Assembly: GCF_006345805.1 (NCBI RefSeq)
Contig: NC_043002.1
Span: 88,846,001 to 88,910,000, forward strand
DNA length: 64,000 nt
Direction: 5' to 3'
Source of the DNA: Octopus sinensis
Taxonomy: Eukaryota
Shown: positions 28,168-40,621 of the stretch, in pieces
Layout: each line of letters begins with the position of its first letter
How positions within the stretch are numbered: position 1 is the first letter of the stretch
The notes under the pieces: generated by a model
What the model was told of the DNA's origin: nothing
What the model saw: only the letters and a program-made list of their open reading frames with translations
Database searches by the model: none
Made by a program: the position numbers and the translations under genes

Positions 28168-28922
28168 GAGACCCCGTTCGGTCATGACTGACCATGGGAT
28201 TGCACCCAGAAAGCTACCCTTCTAGGCACAATCCGGGCAAGGTTGTTTATGGAAGACCAGCAGTCGCCCATACATACCGGTCTTCCCCCTCCACGCCACC
28301 AGTGTTATCCAAGGGAAAGGCAAAGGGGCTAATATAGCTTGGCACCTGTGACGTCGCAACTCATTTCTACAGCTGTGTTCACTGGAGCAACGTGGGATCT
28401 TTTCGGTTTGAACGGCAGTTTTTAACATAATTTCTAGGTAACTAAAAAATTTTAAACTTCGTATACTGGTAGAATGTGTTTATAAAACATCTTTTTCTCT
28501 TGGCTTTATTGAGAAAATTCTATAGTTTGTAAGATATTTGTTGTTTTTCAATTCCTGCAATTTCAACCAATCACTGACGTCTATTGCGGTAAAAAAAAAC
28601 ATTCTGTGCCGTATGAATATGTCCCTCGTTTAAGAAACAGATTGGGTTTATTTACATTTGTGAAGAAAAAAAGATACCCTTCCCCCACCCCTAACCCTAA
28701 CCAACCCTAACTCTAAAATAGATTGAAATGCAATAGATCGATACTAGGGTCATAATTATGGGTGACAATTTCATATGACACCGCTAGAAAAAACTGCCAT
28801 TCAAACTGAAAAGATCCGCAACGTGAAATAAAGAACACAACATGCAGCCCGTTCCGGGATTCGAACTCACAACCTCACGATCGTAAGCTCGACGCCCTAA
28901 CCACTGAGCCATGCGCCTTCAC
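28168..28922 (-). mobile_element. tRNA-derived SINE interrupted by a hAT MITE
   Basis: Minus-strand head GTGAAGGCGCATGGCTCAGTGGTTAGGG...GTTCGAATCCC; the body resumes on the other side of the MITE. Confidence 0.75.
28395..28817 (+). mobile_element. hAT-type MITE (28-bp TIR GGATCTTTTCGGTTTGAACGGCAGTTTT)
   Basis: TIRs plus a perfect 8-bp TSD GCAACGTG (28387-28394, 28818-28825). Confidence 0.9.
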
Positions 28923-31115
28923 AATTTACACCTAGCCTTCCACATTTAAGTAACACATAATGGCTTCAATCTCTATTCATTTCTTTTCAGCGTCTGTATT
29001 CAATATTGGCATGCCACAACATATCATGTCACTTCTTTACCTTCCAGATGGTGAAACTATTTAATGTCAACAGAACTAATAGCTTCTCTAAACGACTTCC
29101 ATTCCTTTTTTAAATATGGATACTACCATTACTATACTAGCTGTACAACCTTCTTCTCCAACATAAATTAGTTCATCTTTTTTGTATGGTGTTAGTCAGA
29201 AAGATAGGACAGTGGCAAGTCCTGTCAGACTGGTTAGACTGATGTGGATTGTGTTCAGCTTAAACATCTTAAAATTGAAGTCTCGTAACTAGGGATGAAG
29301 AGAGTATTCAAGACCCTGGAGACAAGGAATGAGCATTATGGCTAATGTGGAAAGACAGTGTATGAACCAAATGACAGTTATCAGGTTCATCTGGGTTGAG
29401 GTATTAACCGGTGAATAATTTAAAGTAGCAAATACTGTTATAGTAGTGGTAGAATATGCACAGAGAGAAGACAGCGTTTAGGCAGACCAGAGACTACAGT
29501 GTTAGTGAATCTCTACCAGTCAGCCAGATGGCCTTCTTTTGGCTAACATTTGTGTAGACAACGACTGCACTCACCTGGAAATGAAAGTATTTTGAGTCTA
29601 ACATGAAATTTAAGTAAAGGAACATGAAAGAAGTATCCCTACTTCTTTCATAACGATGTGAATAAAGGGTCAAACAGTTACTACCACAAGACGATATGGC
29701 TATATTTCACACAGTCACTTCTCCAAAAATTTACCACCATCATTTTAGCATCTGCCATTGTTTTTGCAGGCTTGTTTCCCCAAAGAGTTTACTGCCTGGA
29801 CTTCAGCATTTACCATTATCATTATTATTATTATTATTATTAAGGCAGCAAGCTAGCAACAATTTTAGATATGGTACATGTGTCAGAATAATAGAAACTA
29901 TCAACAACTTCCAGCAATTTAGGGGCTTCATTCAAAGTCTGCTCCTACTAATAATAAATCCCCTATTCCTGTTAAACTGAAGTTCTGGTTCTCTACCCGA
30001 GATTCTATTAATATTTTGTGTACTGATTTCTTGTTTAGAGTGCTCAATAGTTTATAGCATTGATGCAACACAAGATCTGATGGGAGTTATCAAAAGTATC
30101 GGTAAAACACAAGGAGTTTTGGAAAGACTATTTTTGAAAAGAAAACAGAAATATTGTTGTGATTTTCTGTTTAGTGAAAAATCTAACTTCCAGAAAGCAC
30201 CCTAACATCATTTCCCATTATATGCATATAAAACAAAAAACATCTCTCTCTGTCTTTCTCTCTCTTTATCCCTCCTCTCTCTCTTCCTCTCATTCTCATA
30301 CATATACACGCATGCATGCTCACACACACACACACACACACGTTGTCATTGTCGTCGTTGTCGTCATCATCGTCATCATCATTTTCATCATAGTCATTTT
30401 ACATCTGCCTTCCATGCTAGCATTGATTGGTTGTTTGGTTTGACAGGATCTTATTCATCAAATGATTGTGTCAAGCTCCAATCTCTCAGTTGCAACAGTT
30501 TTTATGACTGAAGGAGTTTCCTAAGGGCGACTACTTTGTAGAGTATATTGGCTGCCTTTTTTTTTTTTTTTTTACACAGAACTACTGCACTGGAAAGAAA
30601 AATGTCAGAGACAGCAATTTAGATAAGATGATAAAAAGATGAATGACAGTAACAGAGAAGCATGGAATGAACAGGAAGAAGGAGGAAGGGAAGCAAAGAG
30701 AGAGTGCAAAAGCGATAGGGGTGGAGATATAGGGAGGATCCATCCCATGTTTAAATACTGAATATGAGCAACAGTTGAGGGAAGAGGCATGAGACTGAGA
30801 AAGAGGTGGAGTAACAAGGATATTGAGAAGCTGAGATGTTCTCTCTTTTGTTCCTTCTCGAGCTATGCCTGGCTCATAAGGGCCGGTTTCCCTGTTTCCT
30901 TGGTGTATAGGTTCCCCACCTGGATGGGATGCCGGTCCGTCGCAGGTGAGCTGCAAGATGCAGGAGGAAAGAGTGAGAGAAAGTTGTGGCGAAAGAGTCA
31001 GCAGAAGTTTCGCCACTACCTTCTGCCAGAGCCGCGTGGAGCTTAGGTGTTTCGCTCATAAACACACACATCGCCCGGTCTGAGATTCGAACGCACGATC
31101 CCTCGACCAATACAT

Positions 31116-31219
<104 letters not shown>

Positions 31220-31248
31220 CAGACAGCTAGACAGACAGACAGACAGAC

Positions 31249-31286
<38 letters not shown>

Positions 31287-31572
31287 CTTTTTATTGTGGC
31301 CACACAGGGCTAAACACAGAAGAAAAATGGACGAAATACAATGTAGAGTTTTTTCTTTTCGAGGTGGGATGGGTGGGCCCACAAAGAAAAAACGTTCGAT
31401 CAATAGGGATCTGTGGGTTGTGTGGTGTATAAAAAAGCGATATATATATATAAAGTTCACAGTTTAGGTGTAGCCTTGGAAAGAAAAACCTACAAAAAAG
31501 ACCAAGGTCACCTCAGACAGTTCGAAAATGAACACATGAGTAAGTCGCCTTACCTCTCGTTGTCTCTTTTGG

Positions 31573-34500
31573 TTACAGATTTATGCTTAAAATAGTGTCG
31601 TCTTTCATACTGACCATTTTTGCCACTTTTACCCACTTTTTATTAAAACATTCGTTCGACAAAGCCTTCCTCTCTATTCTCATCCTCCTTTTCAAGTGGT
31701 ACTTGAAAAAGTTGACGAGAGACTGACCAGAGAGGAAGGTGTTTGTTCGCAGTCCTTTCAAATGCGTCCACCACACACATTCTTTCACCATAGCCATCAG
31801 CGTAACGGAAACCGTTTTCCCTTCCCGTTTAAAGGAAGGTGGTGGAACAATATTCACGATAGACTCGGCTGATAAGCGGGCCTGTCCTACACGCGACAAC
31901 AGCTGTTCGACGAAGGTCCACAGCTCTGAAATATCTGGACACTGCACAAGTGCATGCATCTGACCGCATCTCGAACCGTGCCTGTAGCTCTTCTCTCGAA
32001 CAGGTAGTGCGTCTCGATAGCATTGCCAAGCCAGGGATTTCTGGAAGTTATCCATAGGCCCCAGCCCGAACGTCGTCCTGAACAGGCGGGTTAGGAATTT
32101 CTCATCGACGCCCAGGTTTGCCCCGAGTGTGTCGTCGGACCTCCCCTCCACTAGTCCTCTATAGAACGCTTTAGTCGTTTGTAAGTTGCACAAGTTTGAC
32201 CCCGGTCAGCAGAGCTGCTGTAGAGCTTGGCGACACTCTCGGTGCCAATCGCCCAGTTTCAGTCTCTTCTTGATTCACGTTTGCAGTTCGGTCAGTGAGA
32301 CGAGCTGCAGGAAGGCGCGCCTCACAAACGGTGCCCACACCTGTTCACTGTCATCGATGAAGTTCCAGAGATGTCGCAGTCTCAGCACATGCCTGTGCAT
32401 CATCAACCACGGCATGCCCAGTCCTCCATTTAACGGATGTTGACAGCAAATCGACTTCCTCACCATCGGAACGCCACCCTTCCACAGGAAGCGGAAGAGT
32501 ATGCATTCCAGTTTGGTGATGGTGGCATTGGGACAAGGCACGACAGTCAGGCGGTAATCGATGACGAATGCAATGTACGCGTTCGCCACCTCCACCTGAC
32601 CTTTTAAAGACAGCTTTCTCTCGGCCCATGTTTGGCTGAGAGCGACCACTCTACTCGTAATCTCGTCCCAGTTCTTATCCATTTGGAGGTCCGGACTGAA
32701 CCAGACCCCGAGCAATTTAACTGGTCCGTCCGTCCAGCGTCCCACTACTGAATCGCAGTCGGACGGCATGGGCTTGCTTCTCCAGGTGCCGAGTAGCAAA
32801 CCCACTGACTTTTCCGGGTTAATTTTCGCTCCGGTCACCGTTTCGTATTTTCTTAGTGTCTCGCCTACTATGACGGTGACATCGTCCGCATATGCCGACA
32901 CGCTCGTCCCGCAACCCAGTTCCCGTGAGATGCCCCTCAGTGTCGCCAGCTTCCGCAGTAGCGGCTCGAGAGTCAATACATACAGAAGCGCCGACAGGGG
33001 ACACCCCTGACGAACCAAATGCGTGATGTCAAACGGTTTCGACAGGTGACCGTTCACCCAAATCACCGATCGGATGCCGCTATACAAGGCAGCGATCCAA
33101 CCGTAGAAGACGGGACCGAAGCCAGCCGCCCTGAGGACGGCCGCCAAGTACCGATGGTCAACCCTATCGAATTCTTTAGACTGATCCAAATTGATCAGCG
33201 CCCCACCCATGCCACAATGTAGTGCATCAGATGGAGGTTGTCATGTATGGTTCTGCCCGGCACGGCGCATGTTTGCACCCTGTCAACCAGTTTACCAATG
33301 ACAAGCGCCAACCTCTCGGCTATTACTTTGGCCAAAATTTTCAAATCTACGTTGAGCAGAGTGATGGGCCTGAAATTATCTATAAAATTCCCCTTGTTTG
33401 GATCTTTCTTCAGCAACATCACTGCACCTCAGCTCACGAAACCGGGGATTCTCCCGTTTTGTTGCCAGTTGCAGTAGACTGATGTCAAGAGGTCGCCAAA
33501 CAAGTCTGGCATTTGACAATACAGCTCGTAGGGTAAACCATCCAATCCAGGCGACTTATCCCTCGCGCAGCCCGCCATCACATCCTGCACGTCAGCGGCT
33601 GTGATGGGACTTTCACAACACTCCGCTTCTCTTGCCGAGAGCCGCAGCAGGTCGGTCAGGTAGGCACTGAAATCCATCCCGCGTTCCGACCCACCACTCG
33701 CACCAAACAGTCGAGCAAAGTGCTGTTGAAAGCCCTCACACATCCTTTCGGGTTCGAGTAAACTGCATCCCTGTTGATCTATTAGAGACCGAATGGTGGC
33801 TCTGTTGCCACGTTGCGCCTCCGCTATCCGGGCCTCTCGCGCAGCTTCGATCCCTTCGTTCCTTAAGGCACGCATTTTAGCTCTGACGACACAACCTTCG
33901 TGTTTGGCGTTGAGGTGTTGGTCGAGGGCCATCCTCGCAGCCAGCACGTTGGTTGCGCTGCCAGTGGTAAGTGCCTCTTCTAGTTTCTTAACCAGGTCTC
34001 CCTCTACTCTAATTCGATCTATCGCTAATTCCTTGCTAAACCTAATTGATTCCGATTTTATTGCCATTTTCAGGGCGAACCACCAGCGGTTGTTAACGAC
34101 GGCTCCCGCCAACGCCCTCTTAATTAACTCGCTAATCCGGTTTCTGTAAACCTGTTGCGCTAAGAGCGACATGTTCAGTTTCCAGTAACCGGAACCCTGT
34201 CTATGTGTCTTATCTAAGTCGAGCATACACATCACAAATTTGTGATCTGTGTAGCTGACTATTTTAAATTGTGGACATCCTACACTATCCCTATCCACTG
34301 TCCTGCATAGAATTCTATCTAGATAAGATCTTGACGATCCGACGCGGTTTGTCCAAGTCCACGTTGGCACATTCGGATGGTCGAGTCGGAACCTGTCAGA
34401 CAAATGGAAACGTCTGAGTAGGTCTTTGAGGCACTTACACCCCCTTCTATTCCTATCCATTCCCACATAGTCTAGATGCGTGTCCAAGGTAGTTCCAATC

Positions 34501-34918
34501 CCCTACTAACTGTAAAGGTCAAGACGTACACAGGAAAACCTCTAGACGTCTGAAGAATCCGCCCGACCCATTAAGGACGGTGCATAAACTGCCATCAGAC
34601 GGAATGCACACCCATTTCTGCCATCCACGTCCAAGACAACCAGCCTACCCTCCAGGTCTAGGAATATTGTTCTTACTTTTACATTTAGACTCTTTCGAAA
34701 AAGCACCGCGGTACCTCCACCACCCATATTCGGCAGACAGGGAGAAAAATAAATGTTGAATTGATCGCCAAACATGGACGCAAGGGCCTGCGGCTTGCTG
34801 AGTCTGGTTTCACTGATAGCTACTATATCCACGTTCAGTGACTTGATGTCGTTTAGAAGGTAACCTTGCTTCCAAGCTGACGCCAAGCCAGTGCATTCAC
34901 ACAACCTAATTTAAGCAT
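31573..34918 (-). pseudogene. Tx1 ORF2 (APE endonuclease, reverse transcriptase, C-terminal Cys/His region), frameshifted
   Basis: MLKLGCVNA..., VAISETR, YLDRIL/YTDHK, GSGYWKLN, KSPGLDGLPYE, NFRPITLLNVDLKILAK, LDQSKEFDRVDH, RQGCPLS, AYADDV. Confidence 0.93.
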
Positions 34919-35066
34919 AATTGACGTTTAAGAAATTTGTGTTTCACACACTACATTGGAAGAGACAAGAGGCAAGAGGGAAGGTCACTTACTCATTTCG
35001 AAAGTTTCAGTTTTTTCTTCTTCTTGTAGTGTCTTTGAGGAGGTGTTTGAATAGTTTCTTTGATAG

Positions 35067-35562
35067 TGTAAAGGGAACTGGTTGCTTCTTTACACTTTTG
35101 GGGTGCAACTTGGGTGCAACACAATTTCCTTTCCTTTTGTTTCTAGAAACTACCAGTCAGGAACGAAATGCAAGTTTAAAAATATATACAATTCTTTATT
35201 CTCTTGGTTCAACAATGAAACATGATGGTATACTGGTATCCACCTAGTTCAACACAGCAAGGCTGAATTCTAACGTTTGTAAGCTTCTTACAACAATTCA
35301 GCATTAATAGAACAGGATAAATCCTAAGCGTCTGGGACAGGAGAATAAGCTAATCACACGTTTGAAAATACGTCCTTTTTCTTCTATCGCCGTGTCTTAA
35401 GTCCTCGACGCTATTAAGGAACGCGAATAGAATTTCTTCTTCAGTCTCTAGCGCATGTGCATGAGGGAACTTCTTTATGCCTTTCCAGAAGGTTCCAACC
35501 CCGCACACGCACACTGAAGAATGACGTTACGTGTGCGTATACTGGAATATGACGTCACTACA
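35067..35562 (-). repeat. 3' LTR
   Basis: Direct repeat of 37650-38145; preceded on the minus strand by the PPT. Confidence 0.95.
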
Positions 35563-35575
35563 AAGGCTCCCCCTT
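35563..35575 (-). other. Polypurine tract AAGGGGGAGCCTT
   Basis: Abuts the 3' LTR on the minus strand. Confidence 0.8.
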
Positions 35576-35829
35576 GAGTGCGGAAGCACGAAACAAAATT
35601 CCTTGTAGTGGCTTCAGAATATAAGGTGGATACCAAATCACCAAAATGGTACACAATATGACAAATTAAAAAAAAAATAAAATCCATAATATAAACAAGC
35701 ATGCAGCAAAGGAAAAGAAAAAATAATACTCAAATGAACAAAGTTCAATTAGTATCGTAACTGTCACTGGGAAGTCAATTGAGAATGTTAAATATAAATC
35801 GTCTTTGAAAGTTTCTTCGGCCAGTGAAC

Positions 35830-36480
35830 AGTTCTGCCTGACCTCGTAACATAAGGTTTGTTCGAGGCGGGCTGTGACGACAAAGATGGTGTTGCCGATG
35901 TTGGTGTTGATAAAGGTGCATGTGTAAATGGTGGTGTTGTCAAAGGTGCATGTGTGAATAGGAATAGCTTCCGGCCAACGTGAGGAACGATCGATACAAG
36001 TTAAATATATATGAGAACCCGTTACTCACAGGCCATGGTCCAACCAAATCAAGGCGGACATGGTGAAAACGGGCCTCAGGAGAAGAAAACTGTCCAAGTG
36101 GAGCACGAACGTGTCTATGGACTTTAGCACTTTGGCACTTTAAACAAGAGCGTGCCCAAGAGGTAATCGATCGTCGCATATAGGGCCAAAAGAACCGAGC
36201 AGTAACAAGCTTTAATCTGGCAGAGATACCTGGATGTGACAATGAATGAAGAGCATCAAAAACAGAACGTTGATGTTTCTCAGGTACTAACGGTCTAGGA
36301 GAACCGGTGGAGACGTCACAAAGAATAGAGCCTTCTGCTGAAGGAAGCGGACGGTAGGCAAACTTACAATTGATAAACTTGGGCGAAGTTAAATCCAACT
36401 CCGCTAAAGGTGGTTGATCCTGCGAAATAGCAGTTAACTCAATTGCTGCAGGAGAGGAAATGGAATTGACAGATGGATCG
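35830..36480 (-). pseudogene. Gypsy integrase fragment (HHCC zinc domain, start of the catalytic core, fused to the pol C-terminus)
   Basis: HSLSHPG...CLKCQ, RFHHVRLDLVGP, frameshifted IDRSSRWPEAIP, then VTRSGRTVHWPKKL. Confidence 0.9.
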
Positions 36481-37630
36481 CTAGTAACTCAAAGGCAGAA
36501 AGTGCTTCAGCTGAAAGAGTAAGGTTAGCAAGGGCGACAGTGTAAGCATGCTGGAGTGATGCGCGAGACAGATAATTTTCTCTGTTAATTACGTGACCAA
36601 CAGGGGTCTAACAGGGGGAAATTATGCCTAAACATGAGCGCAGCGCATGTGAACATCCAACATTCTTTGAGTCGGGAGAAGAATTGAGCTGACGCAGACG
36701 TGTTGCAAAACAAGGAAGTACACGTGCAGAACAGAGGTGCATGAGTGCAATAGGGCTTGCTAGGCTGAAATACAGTATACAGTATTGAATACGCCAGTGA
36801 TTAATGCAGTAAGGCTGAGGCTGCCAGCCAGTGCTTGAGCTATAATATGCCTCGGTCGTGCAGGAACAAAAGTGTGGCATACTGGCGCGTTGTAAGGGAC
36901 AAACAACTTTCTCTATGTATGCGTGACCGACCTAGGGTCTTACAGAGATGAGTTGTGTCTACAAGGGCACATTGAGCATGCAAGAAAGGCATGTGTGGCG
37001 TATGAATGTGACAGAGATAGCATTTGTGTGTGTATTAACTATGTGTGTTCGTATGTGCGACAGAAGTACAAACAAGGCGTATGCGGGCTAAACAAAATAC
37101 AGCGCATAGGAAAAGTCTCTCAGGGTATTTCAGACAAGATGGAGTTAATTTACCAGTTAGTAGTAAAGTACAAAAATAGCAGTTCGTTCTGTAACAGGAT
37201 GTTGGGATCACAAGTGCAGATGCCGGTTGAACACATGTCGTGTAGCAGTTGTGGCTTCAATGCTGTGCCAGGTTACATTGGTACAGAAGATCTCGCAGGT
37301 AGTGCTGTGCTGTTAACTGTATACATATCGTTGAGGTCGACTGTGGTGAAGGCGACAGTGGTGGACTTGAGATACGTGGCTGCTCAGTTCGTAGTAAAGT
37401 ACATATTAGTGTTGCTGGCGACGAAGATGGAGACGACGTGAAGTTGAAGGACAACGATGGTGATGACAATGGCAGAGAAAGGCATCGTTGAGATGAAGGC
37501 GTCCGTGGTGTAAATGTCCTGTGTTGCTGGTGTATGTTAGCATCGTCATTATTGCGGAAGATAAGAGAGGCTCCTTTTATAACTGTTGGTAGAAACTAGA
37601 TTTCAGTTAAATGTTCTATGGTCTATGACC

Positions 37631-37648
37631 ATCACGTCGGGGTCACCA
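37631..37648 (-). other. Primer-binding site complementary to tRNA-Trp
   Basis: TGGTGACCCCGACGTGAT, 18 nt, complementary to the eukaryotic tRNA-Trp 3' end ATCACGTCGGGGTCACCA (recalled), 1 nt from the LTR. Confidence 0.88.
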
Positions 37649-37649
37649 C

Positions 37650-38145
37650 TGTAAAGGGAACTGGTTGCTTCTTTAAACTTTTGGGGTGCAACTTGGGTGC
37701 AACACAATTTCCTTTCCTTTTGTTTCTAGAAACTACCAGTCAGGAACGAAACGCAAGTTTAAAAATATATACAATTCTTTATTCTCTTGGTTCAACAATG
37801 AAACATGATGGTATACTGGTATCCACCTAGTTCAACACAGCAAGGCTGAATTCTAACGTTTGTAAGCTTCTTACAACAATTCAGCATTAATAGAACAGGT
37901 TAAATCCTAAGCGTCTGGGACAGGAGAATAGGCTGATCACACGTTTGAAAATACGTCCTTTTTCTTCTATCGCCGTGTCTCAAGTCCCCGACGCTATTAA
38001 GGAACGCGAATATAATTTCTTCCTCAGTCTCTAGCACATGTGCATGAGGGAACTTCCATATGCCTTTCCAGAAGGTTCCAACCCCGCACACGCACACTGA
38101 AGAATGACGTTGCGTGTGCGCACACTGGAATTTGACGTCACTACA
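37650..38145 (-). repeat. 5' LTR
   Basis: Direct repeat of 35067-35562, about 16 substitutions by eye. Confidence 0.95.
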
Positions 38146-39399
38146 GGTATCTTTGAAACACCCCTACCGCATTTGGAAATATGGTTTTCAGTGTGTGGTG
38201 TTGTGTTTGTGTTATGTGTACAATTCTTATGTGTTTTGGTGGTGTAGTGCGCGGATGATTATTTGTCTTAAAGTCATCTTCACAGATGTTCGCGTTGGAT
38301 GCAATGTAATCCATTAGTTTTTTATTGTCTGTGTCTATTGCTGTTAGTTGTGTGTGTGGTTTTGCGGGGTCATTGATGTTTTGATTGTCTAAGGGGATGC
38401 TGTCCAGAGTTAAATATCTCCCTGCTTTACTTACTTGTTTGGTGGGCTTTTTTGATCTTTTCCTTTTACCCCCTGTGGCTATTTGCCATTCCGTCAAACT
38501 TTCGTCGTTGGACGATGAGTCTGACGAATCAGAAGGGGGTAAAGGCAAAGCATTTGCGTTAATATGTATGTTTGTAGAAATTGTTGATGTTTTATGCGGT
38601 GTTTGTGTTGTTGTGGTGTTAGGGGTAGAATATGTCTTCTCGTCACTGTTTTCTGTTATTTTAGTTGTCGTCCTTGGTGCTGGTGTTGGTCTGTCTTTTG
38701 GTGTTGGTTTAGTATCTTTAATTGGTTGCGACATCAACGGTAATTGTGTTGGTGTTGTTTCTTTTCTTGGTGATGTTGTTGGGGTTTGTTTGCTGGTTTG
38801 TTGTTTTTCTTGGCATTGTTCCATAATTGAGTGTGTTGGTGTTGGCAACAAGGGTTTTTTATTTGTTTTCTGATTTGTTCTTTCTTGTTTTTTCTGCCCC
38901 AGAGCGCACTTCGCAATTAAGTGTTCTGGACTGCCACAGTTGTAGCATCTTGGCTTTTTCCTTCTACTACTTCTGTTCATTTTGGGTTTTTTTTAATAAT
39001 TTTATATATAATCGTTTTGTTTTCTATTTGTTCCTTTATGCAATACTAAATCCTGTCCTGAGGTTGTGAAGAGTGCTCTCTTGTTTCTATCAACTCTTCA
39101 TTTGTGAATTTTATTATTTCTTTTTTCTGACGCAGGGTGTCAGCGAAATTCACAGTTCTATTCTGGCAGGTGTTGTCGTTGTGTGTTTTTGTTGTTGTTG
39201 TATCCGAAATATTCTTGGGCGTGGCTTTTTCAGGTACTGTTGTTTCTGTTATGTTAATATTATCTTCACTATTGGATGATATAATATTTATTTCATTTTT
39301 GTTGTTGTTATTCTTGTTGTTGTTGTTGTTAATGGTGTTTGTGTCAGTTCCATTTCTATCATTTATGTTGTTGGTGGTGGTGGTTTCAGTATTATCCAT
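38146..39399 (-). pseudogene. Tx1 ORF1 (gag-like, CCHC knuckle), disrupted; C-terminal remnant continues at 34985-35066
   Basis: CYNCGSPEHLIAKC knuckle followed by a low-complexity Thr/Pro/Lys region. Removing the LTR element and 5 bp rejoins the frame (QRYQRNYSNTSSKTLQEEEKTETFEMSK*). Confidence 0.8.
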
Positions 39400-39913
39400 T
39401 TTACTGGATATTTTGGATATTTTGCAAACTGGGAAAGTCTTCTTCAGAAAACAGAGTAGAATATTTTTCTACTATAAGAATTTCTTGACATTATTATTTT
39501 TTTTTTTTTTTGTTTCAAGAAAAATAAAAATAGATTGAAAATGCCCCTTATGGGTGATTTCTATATTCAAAAAAGTCTCAAACGAAAGATGGGCGTTCGA
39601 AAAGTTAAAACACTCCGACAATGTAGAACGTAAACAATGGATGCAAACGAGAGAGAGAGAGAATAGCGTTTCCGTAATTTACTAGAAACACTTAGCCGGA
39701 CATTATGTGAAAAAACAAGTTATTGCAGCAAAAATTGTGAAATATATTCGAGGCTGAAAATGCCCCTAGGGGGCAAAATCCCCTCCGGAAAACATACCCA
39801 GACGACAGCTGGATGTCTTACACACTCCGTGTGCAAAATTTACAACGAAACTTTTCGAGAAACACAATAAAATAAGCAGTTAACTTACGAGCCGATCTCT
39901 CAACGAATACTAT

Positions 39914-39943
39914 CAAAATAGATAGAGAGACAGACAGACAGAC

Positions 39944-40000
<57 letters not shown>

Positions 40001-40025
40001 TAGATAGATAGATAGATAGACAGAC

Positions 40026-40088
<63 letters not shown>

Positions 40089-40145
40089 CAGACAGATAGA
40101 CAGACAGACAGATAGACAGATAGATAGATAGATAGATAGACAGAC

Positions 40146-40180
<35 letters not shown>

Positions 40181-40200
40181 TAGATAGACAGACAGACAGA

Positions 40201-40236
<36 letters not shown>

Positions 40237-40257
40237 TAGATAGACAGACAGACAGAC

Positions 40258-40292
<35 letters not shown>

Positions 40293-40313
40293 TAGATAGA
40301 CAGACAGACAGAC

Positions 40314-40380
<67 letters not shown>

Positions 40381-40387
40381 TAGATAA

Positions 40388-40472
<85 letters not shown>

Positions 40473-40488
40473 CAGATAGATAGATAGA
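39914..40488. repeat. About 575-bp (GATA)n/(GACA)n array
   Basis: Directly visible; same strand sense as the array at 31163-31283. Confidence 0.97.
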
Positions 40489-40525
40489 TGTGTATATGTA
40501 TTGGAGAAGGGATGGGTTGATGTAT

Positions 40526-40555
40526 ACCGGATGTATTACAAAACTACGCATGCGT
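40526..40555 (+). promoter_or_regulatory. Putative COX7A proximal promoter: ETS/GABP-like ACCGGATGT (40526-40534) and NRF-1-like palindrome ACGCATGCGT (40546-40555)
   Basis: Both motifs lie 50-80 nt upstream of the ATG and resemble CCGGAAGT and YGCGCATGCGCR, typical of nuclear respiratory genes. Function is untested. Confidence 0.55.
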
Positions 40556-40606
40556 GCTTAGCCCAGCTCTGTGTCCGCTTCAAGTTATCAACATCTAACA
40601 GCAAAA

Positions 40607-40621
40607 ATGAGAGTAGCAAGG
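40607..40621 (+). CDS. COX7A: Cytochrome c oxidase subunit 7A-family, coding exon 1 (MRVAR)
   Basis: AAAAATG context and AGG|GTAATT donor in phase 0. It joins exon 2 to give a presequence-like MRVARCLFNSLRTPLG. Confidence 0.75.

Larger units (their letters stand above)
35067..38145 (-). mobile_element. Internally deleted Ty3/Gypsy LTR retrotransposon (no recognisable gag/PR/RT/RH; integrase remnants)
   Basis: Two 496-bp TG...CA LTRs, PBS, PPT, integrase fragment, and an imperfect 5-bp TSD (GATAG/GGTAT). Confidence 0.93.
31284..39912 (-). mobile_element. Tx1/L1-clade non-LTR retrotransposon, apparently full length, decayed, with a nested Gypsy element
   Basis: Putative 5' UTR, ORF1 with CCHC knuckle, ORF2 APE-RT, and a 3' UTR ending AATAAAAAGTT + (ATCT)n. 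The 5' boundary is inferred. Confidence 0.85.

Noticed and set aside
36923-37441. 172-aa + strand ORF inside the Gypsy element (and + ORFs at 33793, 38385 and 39137)
   Set aside because: They are antisense to retroelement sequence, contain no motif, and are explained as shadow ORFs.
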